Shown here: one piece after another, positions 1 through 12,212 of the stretch
Layout: each line of letters begins with the position of its first letter
Position numbering within the stretch: position 1 is the stretch's first letter
Origin: the human T2T-CHM13v2.0 reference genome, Homo sapiens
DNA: 64,000 nucleotides
Direction: 5' to 3' (one strand)
NCBI RefSeq assembly: GCF_009914755.1
Contig: NC_060928.1
Translations under genes and position numbers: made by a program
The notes under the pieces: generated by a model
The model's database searches: none
The model's input: only the letters and a program-made list of their open reading frames with translations
What the model was told of the DNA's origin: nothing

Positions 1-485
1 CTCCCACTTTCTAACTAAAAATAGGGCATACATTTCCTTTTGTGAAGGTTTCCTGCTCTCTTCTCCCATATCGAGAAAAAGAGACAATTCTTAATCACTA
101 GATACTACTCTTGTCACTGGAGAGTAGTTGGCATAAGAATATTTACTAAACAACCCTTACTTTACATTAGTTTTTCCATATTTTTACCTTCCCACAATTT
201 ACCGTTTTTAGAAGGCTAAACCTCTTTTACTTTGTCTAGTCACTTTTCCACAATTTATCATCCTTTGTTAAAATGATTTATAAGCCCCTGGGTCTAACTA
301 CCTCTTAGGGATTTTAACCTCTTTTCTGTGAACCCCTCTCTAACTACACATGTAAAAATATTAACATCAATAACATATGTATGCCTTTTCTCCTGTTAAT
401 CTTTTTTTTTTTTTGTCAGTTTAACTTGCAAACCCCAGTTATAAACCTAAGAGAGTAGAGGAAATGTTTTTCCTCTCTTTTGACA
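1..485 (+). mobile_element. 3' part of an ERV1-class LTR (MER4-group; MER34/MER39/MER65-like), truncated by window start
   Basis: Typical MER4-group LTR tail 'ttttctcctgttaatc...tttgtcagtttaacttgcaaaccccag...aacctaagagagtagaggaaatgtttttcctctc' ending in TGACA. Confidence 0.6.
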
Positions 486-840
486 TCTCATGACACACTT
501 GATTATTTGCCACTTGGTTAAATAGAAAACATTAAGAATTTCCTCATTATTATCTATTTCTGTGGTGTGTTTGTAATTCAGCTATTAGTGATTTAGCTTC
601 TTTACTTTAAAAAATGCTTCATTAAAATTTTCTACACCATCCACTTCAGAGCTCCATTCCTCTACTTGCTACATGTATTGAGGTGATGATGAGGTGGGGG
701 AGAGTTGAGGGGTGGGATTGCTATTGCCATTTATCCTAAAGGACTGTTTTAGAAAGATACTGGAGAGTGCCTACTGTTTTAATGTTGTAGCACTAGCTAT
801 ATTCCGGAGCTTAAATGTTAATGGTTTTAATCTGCCTCCA

Positions 841-1130
841 TATTCATACTATTAGGCACCTACCTATATTACTTAGGGCTTACAAAATATCAGACACTTG
901 CTAACAAAGGGAAGTCACGATGCCTTTCCTTAAAGGCCTTACAATCAAATATGAGGAGACAGCCGAAAAACGAGTACAAGGAAGAGGTTATAGACACCAC
1001 GGTAGCAGCCTGTGCCAGAATAACAGGGGACAAAGGCAGGAGTAGACAATTGTAATAGGGTAAGTTGACGAAACTCAATAGAGGTGACCCTTGAGCTCAT
1101 GAAAAGTGGCTTGTTAAGGGGAAGGTGATA
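841..1130 (-). mobile_element. L2 LINE 3' fragment (decayed)
   Basis: 'attaggcacctacct...ccttaaaggccttacaatcaaatatgaggagacag...gaggtgacccttgagct' resembles the antisense L2 3' end. Confidence 0.5.
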
Positions 1131-1194
1131 AGTAAGTTATGCCACTTTTGTATTGGTGGATCAATCACAAATTTATATAAAAAACTCCTGGAAG

Positions 1195-1750
1195 CCAAAA
1201 CCTTTCTCCTAAAATACAGATCCATCTATCCAACTGATTTACTTGACAAATCTATCATGCTTGACATGCTCAAATACAACTTATGATCTTTCCTTACAAA
1301 CCTGGTCTTCTTTACTGTAGATATTCCATCCTATGTCTCAAGTCAGAAATCTAATCTTGACTCCTCCATTATTAAACCACTGCCAAGTATTTTCCTGTTA
1401 ATTTTACCCCCAAAATATCTTTCAAATAAGTTGAAGTTCTTCAATTTTCTTCTTGACGACTACCATAATTCAAATTATGATCATCAACCACATTTACTAT
1501 TACATTACTTCAGTAATTAGATGAATGCCTATCATATACTAAATGCTTAATAAATACATTTAAATGAATATATTATTGACTGAACTACATTCCTTTCATT
1601 CCCTTTCCTTACTCTCTCATTCACTTTTCCAGAGGGAAGGCATAGTGATCTAGTCAGCTCTTTAATGTGATTTTCCTATTTAAAATCCTTCATTGGCTTC
1701 TCACCTCTTAAAGAAAAGTCGTAATAGTAGGACTTAGAAGGTCCTACATA
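1195..1750 (+). mobile_element. L2 LINE fragment (decayed)
   Basis: 'atccaactgatttacttgaca...caagtcagaaatctaatcttgactcctc...ttaaaatccttcattggcttc' L2 motifs. Confidence 0.55.
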
Positions 1751-1954
1751 AATGTATTGGTTAGTGCTCCATCTTGTACAAAATAAGATAAGAAATGTGA
1801 GTTTGTGCACCTGTAATTTACTATTACTGTATAGCATGTTCACTGTGATGACACCTCCAGATTGAATAATTGAAAACTCTGGGTGTCATGTACTTCAATG
1901 GATGCCAGTGGAGAGAGAAGAATGAGGGAAAGTGGTAATCTCATGGGCACATAT

Positions 1955-3300
1955 TTTTGAAAATAAAATTTTAATCACAATTATTTTTCAAACACAAAGT
2001 ATAGAGAATATGTAACAAACTCCATGTACTTATTACATAGATCAGTTATCAATATTTTGCATTCTAAATGTTTAGTTGAAGTATTTTAGAGGCAATCCTA
2101 AATCTCATGTCACTTAATTTCAACATATTTAATTATACCTTTTAAAAGGTATACTTTTAAAAAGTGCATACTGCAATTGTCATTATCATAACTAACATAA
2201 ATAGCAAGAATTCCTTTGTATTATCTGATATGAAAGCCATATTCAAAACTGTTCATTTGTCCCAAAAAACTATCTTTTATACACATGGGTTGTTAGAATC
2301 AGGATCCAAACAAGGTCCACACAGTGTGTTTGGTTATGTCTTCTAAGTCTCTTAATCTGAACTATTCCTTTGTCAGGTTTTTTTTTAAAATTTCATCCCA
2401 TTGACTTCAAGAAATTGGGTCAGGTGTTCTATAGAATGTCCTATATTATATATGTTTCTGTTTGATCCTCTGTGGTTTCATTTAACTTCTCTTACCAGCA
2501 ACACAAATTTTCTATCAGCTGTCAGCTCAAAAGGTTTTAATAGGTTCAGATTTAATATCTTTTTGTATCTCCCTTTACCAAAAACTACATAAGTGATGCT
2601 GTATATTTCATATAGCACCACAAATCAGGCATACAATACCTGGTGGTCTACCCCTTATTGATGCTAAAATAGATATGGATTCGATTAGTGTCTTAGTCCA
2701 TTCAGGCTGCTATAACAACATACCATAGATTGTGTAACTTATAAACAACAGAAATCTATTTCTCACAGTTCAACACGGGGAAGTCCAAGATCAAGGTATT
2801 AGCAGATTCAGTGTCTGGTGAGGTTCCACTCTCTGATTCATAGATGACACCTTCTAGCTGAGTCCTCACATGATGGAAGGGGCAAACAAGCTCCTCCAGC
2901 ACTAATCCCATTCATAAGGGCTTCATCCTCATGACCTAATCATCTCCCAAAGGCCCCTACCTCTTAATATCATCACCTTGAGGGTTGGGATTTCAACATA
3001 TGAATTTTTAGGTGACACAGACTTTCCGATCATAGCAGGTGGTGACAAATGGATCCCTCTACTATAGAATTACCAATCAGTCTTTTACCCAATAGCTTCA
3101 TTCTCTGGTGATCTTTGTCCAAATTAGGTTTCTTAGGGGTTACAAAATGGTGATTTTTCTAATTCTATCAATTCTCTCATATTTATTTGCTGGAATTTCT
3201 TTTCAAGAAAAACTTTCTTTTATCATTCAAGGCTTTTGGTTTGCCCTAAAATATAGTTCATATAGAAAGCTGCATTATTTTTAATTATTTTCCTCTGATA
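1955..3300 (-). mobile_element. L1MC4/L1MC5-like 3' UTR fragment, interrupted by MLT1A LTR
   Basis: 'gaatcaggatccaaacaaggtccacacagtgtgtttggttatgtc' and 'ttaggggttacaaaatggtgatttttctaattctatca' are L1MC4-type 3' UTR motifs. Confidence 0.65.
2689..3037 (-). mobile_element. MaLR solo LTR, MLT1A/MLT1A0
   Basis: Begins 'tgtcttagtccattcaggctgctataaca', ends 'ttcaacatatgaattttt...catagca'; about 350 bp. Confidence 0.88.
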
Positions 3301-4137
3301 ATAGAAACTGGTGCAGGGCCTATTTCTTTTTCTTTATAGCTTTATTTCATGAACCATAAATTTCACTCCTTTAAAGTGCATAGTTCAGTGGTGTTTAGTA
3401 CATTCGAAATTGTGCAATCTATCATCATAGTAGAATTTTATAACATTTTCAACACCCACCCTCCCAAAAAGCCCACCCATTAACAGTCACCCCCTACTAC
3501 CTCTACTCCTCAGCCTTAAGCAACTGATAATCTGATTTTTGTCTCTATGGACTTGCTTATTCTGAATATCTCACATAAATGGGATCATGTAATATTCCAT
3601 TTTGTGATTCTCTTCTTTCACTTAGCTCAACATTTTCAAGGTTTATTTACTTCAAAGCATGCATCAATACTCCATCATTTTGATTGCTGAACAATATTCC
3701 ATTATACAGAAATAGCATATTGTGTTTATCCATTCTTCAGTTGATGGACATTAGGTTATTTCCATTTGGGAGCTATTATGGATAATATTGCTATGAATAG
3801 TTGTTGATGAGTTTTATACTGACTTATGTTTTCATTTTTCTTGGGTAGATATCTGGAATGGAATTGCTGGGTCACATATTAGATGTGTGTTTATCCTTTC
3901 AAGGAAGTACAAACTGTTTTCCAAATTGCACCATTTTACATTCCTACCAGTGACATATAAGTAAGTCTTCCAATTTCTCCATATATTCATCATGGATATA
4001 TGAATACATTCATTAATACTGACTTTCTTATTTTGCCATCATAGTGAGCGTGAAGTAGACTTTCACTATGCTTTTGATTTTCATTTCCCTAAAGACTAAA
4101 GATACTGAGTGTCTTTTCATATGCTTATTGGACACAT

Positions 4138-4450
4138 ACATATATGTCCAAATATATATATATTATACATATATATTATATATATTATATATTATATATA
4201 ATATATATAATATATTTATATACATAAATATATATACATATATACATATATACACATATATAGGCAAAGAATATATATATACACATATATGGGCAAAGAA
4301 TATAAAATATATATATATATACATATATATAGGCAAAGAATGAGGATAGTCCTTTCTCTGATTATATATGTCCTTTCTCTGACATATATATATATGACAT
4401 ATATAATATATATATGACATATATATATACACACACACACACACATATAA
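4138..4450. repeat. Complex (TA)n/(CA)n low-complexity tract containing inverted copies of flanking DNA
   Basis: Directly visible; see findings. Confidence 0.95.
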
Positions 4451-5036
4451 TCAGAGAAAGGACTATCCTCATTCTTTGCCTATTTTTAAATTAGGTTGCC
4501 TTTTATTATAAATGTTCTTATATATTGAACACAAGGCCATTATCAGAAATATAACTTGCAGATATTTTTTCTCCCAATCCGTGGGTTGTCTTTTAACTTT
4601 CTTGATGGGTGCCCTGTGAAGCATGAAGTTTTAAATTTTAGTGAAGTACAACTTATTTATTTATTTATTTATTTATTTGTGCTTTTTTTGTCTCATAGTC
4701 AAGAAACCATTGCCTCATCTGATATCATAAGGATTTACTCTTATGTTTTATTCTAGAAATTTAATAGTTTTCACCCTTATGGTTATGCATATAATGCATC
4801 TTGAGCCAATTTTTGTGTATGTAATTTTGGAAGGGATCCAAATTCATTCTTTAGGCATGTGGATACACAGTTGTCCCAGGATCATTTGATGAAAAGGTGA
4901 TTCTTCTCCTACCAATTTTTGTGGCAACCTTATAAAAATTAATTGATCATAATGTGAGAGTTTGTTTCTGGGCTCTTAATCCCATTCCATTTATTGATAT
5001 GACTATCTTTATGCAAATATCACAGTCTTGATTACA

Positions 5037-5530
5037 ATGCTGCTATAAAGACACATGCACACGTATGTTTATTGCGGCATTATTCACAATAGCAAAGACT
5101 TGGAACCAACCCAAATGTCCAACAATGATAGACTGGATTAAGAAAATGTGGCACATATACACCATGGAATACTATGCAGCCATAAAAAATGATGAGTTCA
5201 TATCCTTTGTAGGGACATGGATGAAATTGGAAATCATCATTCTCAGTAAACTATCGCAAGAACAAAAAACCAAACACCGCATATTCTCACTCATAGGTGG
5301 GAACAGAACAATGAGAACACATGGACACGGGAAGGGGAACATCACACTCTGGGGACTGTTGTGGGTTGGGGGCGGGGGGAGGGATAGCACTGGGAGATAT
5401 ACCTAATGCTAGATGACGAGTTAGTGGGTGCAGCGCACCAGCATGCACATGTATACATATGTAACTAACCTGCACATTGTGCACATGTACCCTAAAACTT
5501 AAAGTATAATAATAATAAATGAAAAAAAAA
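5037..5530 (+). mobile_element. 5'-truncated young L1 (L1PA2/L1PA3-like): end of ORF2, 3' UTR, poly(A)
   Basis: ORF 5065-5406 starts MFIAALFTIAKTWNQPKCPTMIDWIKKMWHIYTMEYYAAIK (ORF2 C-terminus); 3' UTR has 'agatgacGAGttagtgggtgcagcgcacc' (not the L1HS ACA/ACG); A-tail at 5505-5530. Confidence 0.95.
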
Positions 5531-6614
5531 GTTTTAAATCAAGAATCCTCCAATTCAAATGGGTGTTTCAACTTCGTTCTTCTTTTTCAAGATTGTTCTA
5601 TTTTTGGTCCCTTGTATTTCCATATGAACTTTAGAATCAGCTTATGAATTTCTAGAAAAAAAAACTTAGATTTTATATGGATTGCATTGAATCTGTAGAT
5701 CAGGTTGGAGAGACCACCATCTTGGTGGCAATGCTGATCTGTAAACATGAGATGTTTTCAATTAATTAGATCTTATTTAATTTATTTCAACAGTATTTTG
5801 TACTTTCAGTACACAAGTATTGTACTTATATTGTTAGAATTATTCTTTTAAAAACATTCATTCTTTGTGCTATTTTAAATGGAATCAGTTCCTTAATTTT
5901 GTTGTTTAATTACTAATTACTGATATATAGAAATACAATTGGATTTGTATATTAATTTACCTTGTATCCTGGCTGAATTCATTTAACAGTAGGATTTTCT
6001 TTTTATGAGATTTTATCATCTGCAAATAGAAATAGTTTTACTTCTTCCTTCTCCATCTGGATATCTAGATGCTTTTTTTTTTTCTAATTATCCTGGCTAG
6101 AACATCAAGTGCAATGTTGAATGGTAGCAGTGAGAATATCTATCCTAAAGACATTTCTGATCTTAGGGGAAAAGTAATAATTCCTTCTCCATTAAATATT
6201 ATGTTAACTATGGGATTTTCATAGATTGGCTTTATCAGGTTGAAGAATTCCCTTACATTCTCAGTTTGTTGAGGGCTTTTGTCATGAAACTGTGTTGGAT
6301 TTTGTCACATAATTTTTCTGCATTGAGATAATCATGTGGTTTTTTTCTTTATTAATATTGTATAACGCATTAATTGACTTTCAGAAGTTAAATCAATCTT
6401 GTTTCATGGGTTAAATCTCACTTGATCATGGGGTGTAATCTTTTTTACAAGCCACCGGATTCAACTTTTTAGTATTTTGTTGAGGATTTTTTGCTTCTAT
6501 ATTCACAAGGAATATTTGTCTGTAGTTTTGTTTTGTTTTTTTTTTCTTTATATCTGTCTGGTGTTGGTAATACTGGCCTCACAGAATGAGTGGGAGAAAT
6601 ATCCTCTCCTCTTC

Positions 6615-6710
6615 TACTCTTGACTTCAAAAGATAACTACAAAGCAGAAGTAATCAAAGCAATGTGATACTGGCATGAGGATAGACAGAGATAAATTGAG
6701 TAAAAATTAG
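6615..6710 (+). mobile_element. Short sense-orientation L1M ORF2 fragment embedded in the antisense L1MB
   Basis: 'cttgacttcaaaagataactacaaagcagaagtaatcaaagcaatgtgatactggcatgaggatagac' corresponds to the ORF2 PDFK..YYKA.VIK..WYWH.DR region. Confidence 0.75.
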
Positions 6711-8439
6711 TTAGATAAGAATTGGCATTAATTCTTCTTTAAATGTCTGATAGAATCCAACAATGAAGCTTTCTGGACCTGGGATTTTCCTTATGAGAAG
6801 GGTTTTAACTAGTAGTTTGATCTCTCTACTTGTTTAGGGCTATTCAGATTTTACATATTGTTGGGGGGTCAGTTTCAATAGTTCATGTGTTTCTGGGGAT
6901 CTGTCCATTTTATTGAAGTTATCTAATTTGATGGCATACAGTTGCTTATAGTATTCTTTTATTATTCTTGCATCTATAAGGTCAATAACAATAGCCCCCC
7001 TTTTATTCTTGAATTTAGTAATTTGAGTCTTTTTTTCTTTGTCTGTCTAACTAAAGATTGGTAGCTTTTGTTGATTTTTTTAAAAACCAACTTGTGGGTT
7101 TTGTTGAATTTCAATATATTGTTTTCTATTATTTATCTCATTTACTGTATTTCTTCTCTGACATTCATTATTTCCTTTCTTCTTCTTGCTTTGAGTATAG
7201 TTTGCTCTTCTACTTCTGGATTCATAAGGTAGAAAATTAGGTTGTTGCCTTGAAATCTTTTTAAATGTAGGCATCTGTGGTTATATAAATTTTCCTCTAA
7301 GCACTGCTTTAAGTTTCAGTATGTTGTATTTTTATTTCCATTTGTCTCAAAGTATTTTCTAATTGTACTTGTAATTTCTTCTTTGATTCATTGGCTATTT
7401 AGGAGGCTGTTATTTATTTTCCACATAATATGAATCTCCCAAATTTTCCTGATGTTGATTTCTAATTGAATTACATTTTGGTCAAATAACATATTTTGTC
7501 TGATTTTGATCCTTGTACATTTATTGAGGTTTATTTTCTGGCCTAGCATTTGGTCTATGCTGAAGAATGTTCCATATGCACTTGAGAAGTATGTGTATTC
7601 TGCTGCTGTTGGCTGCTTTGCTCTCTAGATGTCTATTAAAGTCTAGGTGGTTTAAGTGTTTAGGTTCTCTATTTCCTTGTTGATCTTCTCCCTAGCTGTC
7701 TACCCACTACTGAAAGTGGGAAATTGAAGGCTCCAAATATGATTGTTCAGTTGTCTATTTCTCCCTTCAATTTTGTCAGTTTTTTTTTTTTTTCACATAG
7801 TTTGGGAGTCCATTAGTAGGTTAATGTATCTTATAGATATTCTTTTTGGCAAAATATTAACTATTAGCTTGTTTTACAAATTTGAAATCAATGACTGAAA
7901 TTCCTGTAAGTGATTCTATTCACACTTTTGGTTGGGCAAAAATAAACGGAGATACATAAGCAAGAAGGTTGAAGATAAAGCAATACATAAAGCTATAGCT
8001 AGCCAGTGGTGATTTGTTAATCTCTATCAACTGTAACCAAGCTTTGCAACCGTAAACAGAACTACCATCATCATATAATGTTTTTGAAGGTTGCAACCTC
8101 AGTAGAAGAATGGACTAGATTAAAATCTGTCCACGGGGAAAAGGAAATGACATAGATACATGTCTGACATGACCTGAATACTAGGAAGATTTTTTTTTCA
8201 TTGAGTACATATACATAACCTAAGTTTTTCCCTCATGAGTTTAATATTAAAATTTATACTAACTCGATGGTTCCAGAAACTCCAGACTCAGAAATTAATT
8301 TATATTTGTTCCATGCAAGGAGTGTCCCAGAAGCCTGGAAAGAAGCCAGGGCAAATCTTTGCCAAGGGATTTATAAACTCAGAATCCAAAATTTACACAA
8401 TGCTCCAGGAAAAAGGCCACCATCAGTGAATGCAGAACA

Positions 8440-9660
8440 CTGAGGACTTACTCTCAAGAACTTCAAATTTTAAATATATATGAGACATAATGGGAATTAA
8501 TGAAATTTTAAGGAATATGATTTGAACCAAAATATAAACAAATATTTGGGAGTTGTCGCTCACACCTGTAATCCCAGCACCTTGGGAGGCTGAGGTGGGA
8601 GGACTGCTTAGGCTAGGAGTTAGACACCAGCCTGGGCAATAAAGTGAGGCCCTGTTTCCAAAAAATAAAAACATAAAAACATAGCTGGGCACAGTGGCAC
8701 ATGCCTGTAGTCCTAGCTATTCAGCAGGCTGAGATGTAATGCTCATATGAGCCCAGGAATTTAAGGCTAGTGAGCTGCAATTGTTTCACTGCACTCCAGT
8801 CTGGGCTACAGAGTAAAACCCTGCCTCCAAAAAATATATACGCATATATAAATAAATAATAAAATACTATTAAAATATCAGGCAATGTGAAATAATTAGA
8901 TTTCTGGAGATTAAAAATATAATGATTGAAATTATAAACTTCCAGTTGATTTAATAGCAAAATAGATACTGTTGAGGAGAAATGAGCAAGCCATAAAAAA
9001 GTGTTGAAAAAATTAGCCAGAAGGTAGAGCAGATGGAAGATATGAGAGAGAAAATAGGAAGAAAAGAATGAGAGGTTTCAATATAAACCTAACGGAAGCA
9101 TTTTTTTAAAAAGAATATAATGGAAAAGATAAAATATTCTAAAAAATAGTGGATAAGAATTTTTAAGAACATAAAGATATATAGAAATTCAAGATTCTCA
9201 AATCCCAAATAAGATAAATAAAAATGGATACACATCTAAACACTGCTTACTAAAGCTGTGGGGAACCAAAGACCAAGAGATTTTAAAAGGATTAAGGGAG
9301 AACAATATAGTTACAACAAAAACGGCGGCAATGATAGACCCATATTAATATTATTAACCAAGAGAAAATGAGTGTAGACCAAGAATTAAATGTCCAGCTT
9401 AAGTATCATTCAAGACCAAATGAGAATAGAGATAATTTTAGAAAATAAAAAATGAGAATTACTTATTATCAACAGCTGCTTAAAATTTTTTCTGAAAGAT
9501 ATATTTCTGGAAAAAGGATTCCAAGAGGAAAGTCTGAGATGCAAGAAGAATTGGTAAGAATGAGCAAAGAAAATGGAAACAACAAAACAAAAACCTCTAA
9601 ACAAATGTTGCATGGATAAAACAATAAGCAGGGTGGATCTAAAAACACTGAACAGTAGTT
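8440..9660 (+). mobile_element. Ancient L1M ORF1-region fragment, interrupted by AluJ
   Basis: A-rich decayed ORF1-like sequence, e.g. 'ttctggagattaaaaatataatgattgaaatt...aatagcaaaatagatactgttgaggag', 'aaattcaagattctcaaatcccaaataagataaat'. Confidence 0.55.
8545..8860 (+). mobile_element. AluJ (diverged, dimeric)
   Basis: 'cacacctgtaatcccagcaccttgggaggctgaggtgggaggactgctt...gagcccaggaatttaaggct...tgcactccagtctggg' with J-type diagnostics and A-rich tail. Confidence 0.93.
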
Positions 9661-9769
9661 TCCAAATTAAGAGGCAGGATTTCACATGCATTTCTTCATT
9701 GTGTTCTCATAGTCAGTATTGCTCTTAGCATGTCCAATGCCATACTTACTTCAATTTATTTAAACATAA

Positions 9770-10140
9770 TGTCTTTTTATTCATTTTGTTTTCTTTTTGT
9801 GAGTTTTTTGGATAATTTAACATATCTTGGTTATCTTACTGCATTTATTTTGATGAGTACATTGAAAGCCTATATAATTGGCTCATATCTTAAATGTCTG
9901 AAAATTTTTCTTTCATTATTTCTTTGATAATCTTCTCTTCATTTTTTGAATCTTCATGTTTTGAAACTGTAATAATGCAGTTGTTCTTCAGATTAATCCT
10001 CTAATTTTCTTATATTTTGTTCCCAATTTTTAAAAATCTGTTGTGTACTTCATCATTTTCTTTCAGAGACATTTATCTTGCAAAAGTATTATTTTAATGC
10101 TCATTATATTATTGATTTCCAAGCAATGTTTGGGTTCTCT
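9770..10140 (-). mobile_element. Ancient L1M fragment (ORF1 region)
   Basis: T-rich, resembling antisense L1 ORF1 ('aaatgtctgaaaatttttctttcattatttctttgataatc'). Confidence 0.35.
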
Positions 10141-12212
10141 GTTGTACTGCGCCTAATTTATGTACCTCCTTAGGTTTGCGCAGTCACACCTGCCTATGGA
10201 GAGAGTCCTGGCAGGTCATCTCACTTTCTCTTCTGATATAACCAGATGTCTCGATTTCCCTGGGGGTGAGGATCAGTCTCTATGGCCTCCAGGGTGCTTG
10301 CCACAGTAGGAATTCTGACAGGTGGATGCCCAAGTCCTGCTCAACTAAAATCCAATGCCACTACTTGAAAACTGGCGTGAAGGGCAAAGGATCTAGCTTC
10401 CACAGTAGCAATTACATCACACACTCTGAAGAGTTAAAAGATTTACTATAGTTTTGTATATCTAATCTCTTCATCTTGGGGAAATATTAATTTGAATATT
10501 TTTTACCTAGTTATTCATTAACTTGTATCAGAAAAAGGGACTGAAATGCTTCTAGAGAATTTGTTTGATAAGCAGTTACACTGCCATGAGGTCATATCAC
10601 TCACTCCAGACAAGCTTATTTTGTTTTTTATTGGCCTATAATTTTACTGATGTGAAAAACATCTTAGAAGGAGACTCCACCAAATAAAACCTAGCTAAGG
10701 GAATAGGAAGAACACATGTCCACAAATAGATATCTAAAACTTCCCTACTGAAATCTAAGAATTCAAAGGAGGCCAATTCAAATGGGAAAGATGTCATGAA
10801 GTAAAACATATAAACATATCTATAGCTAACATTTGTTTTGATCACACGTTCCTCTAGGAAACACATGGCAACTAGGAAGAAAATCCTATTTTCGTTGCCA
10901 GCAGTTAAAAGGCTAACCTGCCTTAGAATCCAAAGTATTAGGGGTGTTGTGTGTGTTTTAAAACTAAGAAGTGCCACTTTACATGGTAGAGATTTACTTT
11001 TACAGTAATAACTGTTTCTATTACAGAAATATCATTTGCTGAATATGGCTTTCAGGCAAAACACCGGTATGTGGATTAATAGACTCAGGTCCAATTAGAG
11101 TGCTGCTCTTTCGAGAATGATTTACATATGAGCATGCCGGATTAACTGTTTTATTGAAGCATAGTTTGTTTTATATGACAAAGTTTGGGAGATATAAAAG
11201 TATAAACAGGAAGGAATCCCAAAGGGTTATGTGTTGCTTCTTTCTAACCACTGGGGAATTGCACAGCCCAACTGACATGTGGTTGTCTTTGCCAAAGAAA
11301 AAGAATGAATCTAATGTTATTCTAAGTAGCTCACTTCGATTAGCTACAACCATTTCTATCAGGAGACAGGAACATATTTTGGGAACAATAAAGTGCTATG
11401 CAAATGCTGGCTGTTATAATTAGTATTAAGACCTATTCTCTATTCCCAGAAGGGAAAATGACTAGACATTTTGCATCTTATAAAAATCCTTGTAACCCTG
11501 AAAACACTAATATGTTATTTCTTCAGCTTTCTCTATACAAATAAAAATCCAGTTTTACTTTTTCCCAATTAGCGTTACTTCTGAGTTGAATTTAATTCTC
11601 CCTGCTAGACAATGGCCAAATTTACCATGCCACAAATTTAAAACAAGTAGGCAATTAGCAAAAAATGACAAGATTTTTGTTAAATTTCTATATTTTTAGT
11701 TTTTTAACAGATAAAGGTCAACATGTCAATCATGTCTAATATTTGCATTTTAATTTTTTTACATTAAATTATGAATATTTTTAACATATAGAAAATCGAA
11801 AAATACTACAAAAAATACCTGCATCATCAGGTGGTCAATTTAATTCTACAATTATTAGCTTAATTGAATTGTTATAGTTGTCCCCCAAATGTCTATCCAT
11901 AATCTTTAGGTAATTATTTTAATTAGTTTTTAGCTTATCTCTCCATTTGTTTTGAAAAATAAGTACAGGTATACATATACATACATATATTTTATATAAG
12001 AAAATTTTCTATATGATAAATGTTCTTACCATAATTTTAAAAAAAGAAAAAAAATACTACTAGACACTGATATGCAGAAATTACCAGGACACAATTTTAA
12101 GCAAACAGAACAAGCATACATTATACAGCTCTACATCTTGTTTTGTTTGCTTAATATTGTATCCCAGTGATTTTTGCATATCAGTATAGAGTAGGTCATT
12201 ATTGTTCTTTTA

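Larger units (their letters stand above)
3335..7830 (-). mobile_element. Old L1MB-type LINE (3' UTR through ORF2 to the EN domain), decayed; hosts a TA expansion, an L1PA2-like insertion and an inverted L1 fragment
   Basis: Continuous antisense L1 similarity, e.g. 'cagttgatggacattaggttatttcc', 'ggaattgctgggtcacat', 'tgttgaggattttttgcttctatattcac', 'gagaagtatgtgtattctgctg'. Confidence 0.88.

Noticed and set aside
4068-4446. ORFs of 76-93 aa rich in Y/I
   Set aside because: Stop-free read-through of (TA)n/(CA)n repeat
5065-5406. 113-aa ORF
   Set aside because: L1 ORF2 C-terminus running into the 3' UTR of a truncated element; no promoter, not a gene
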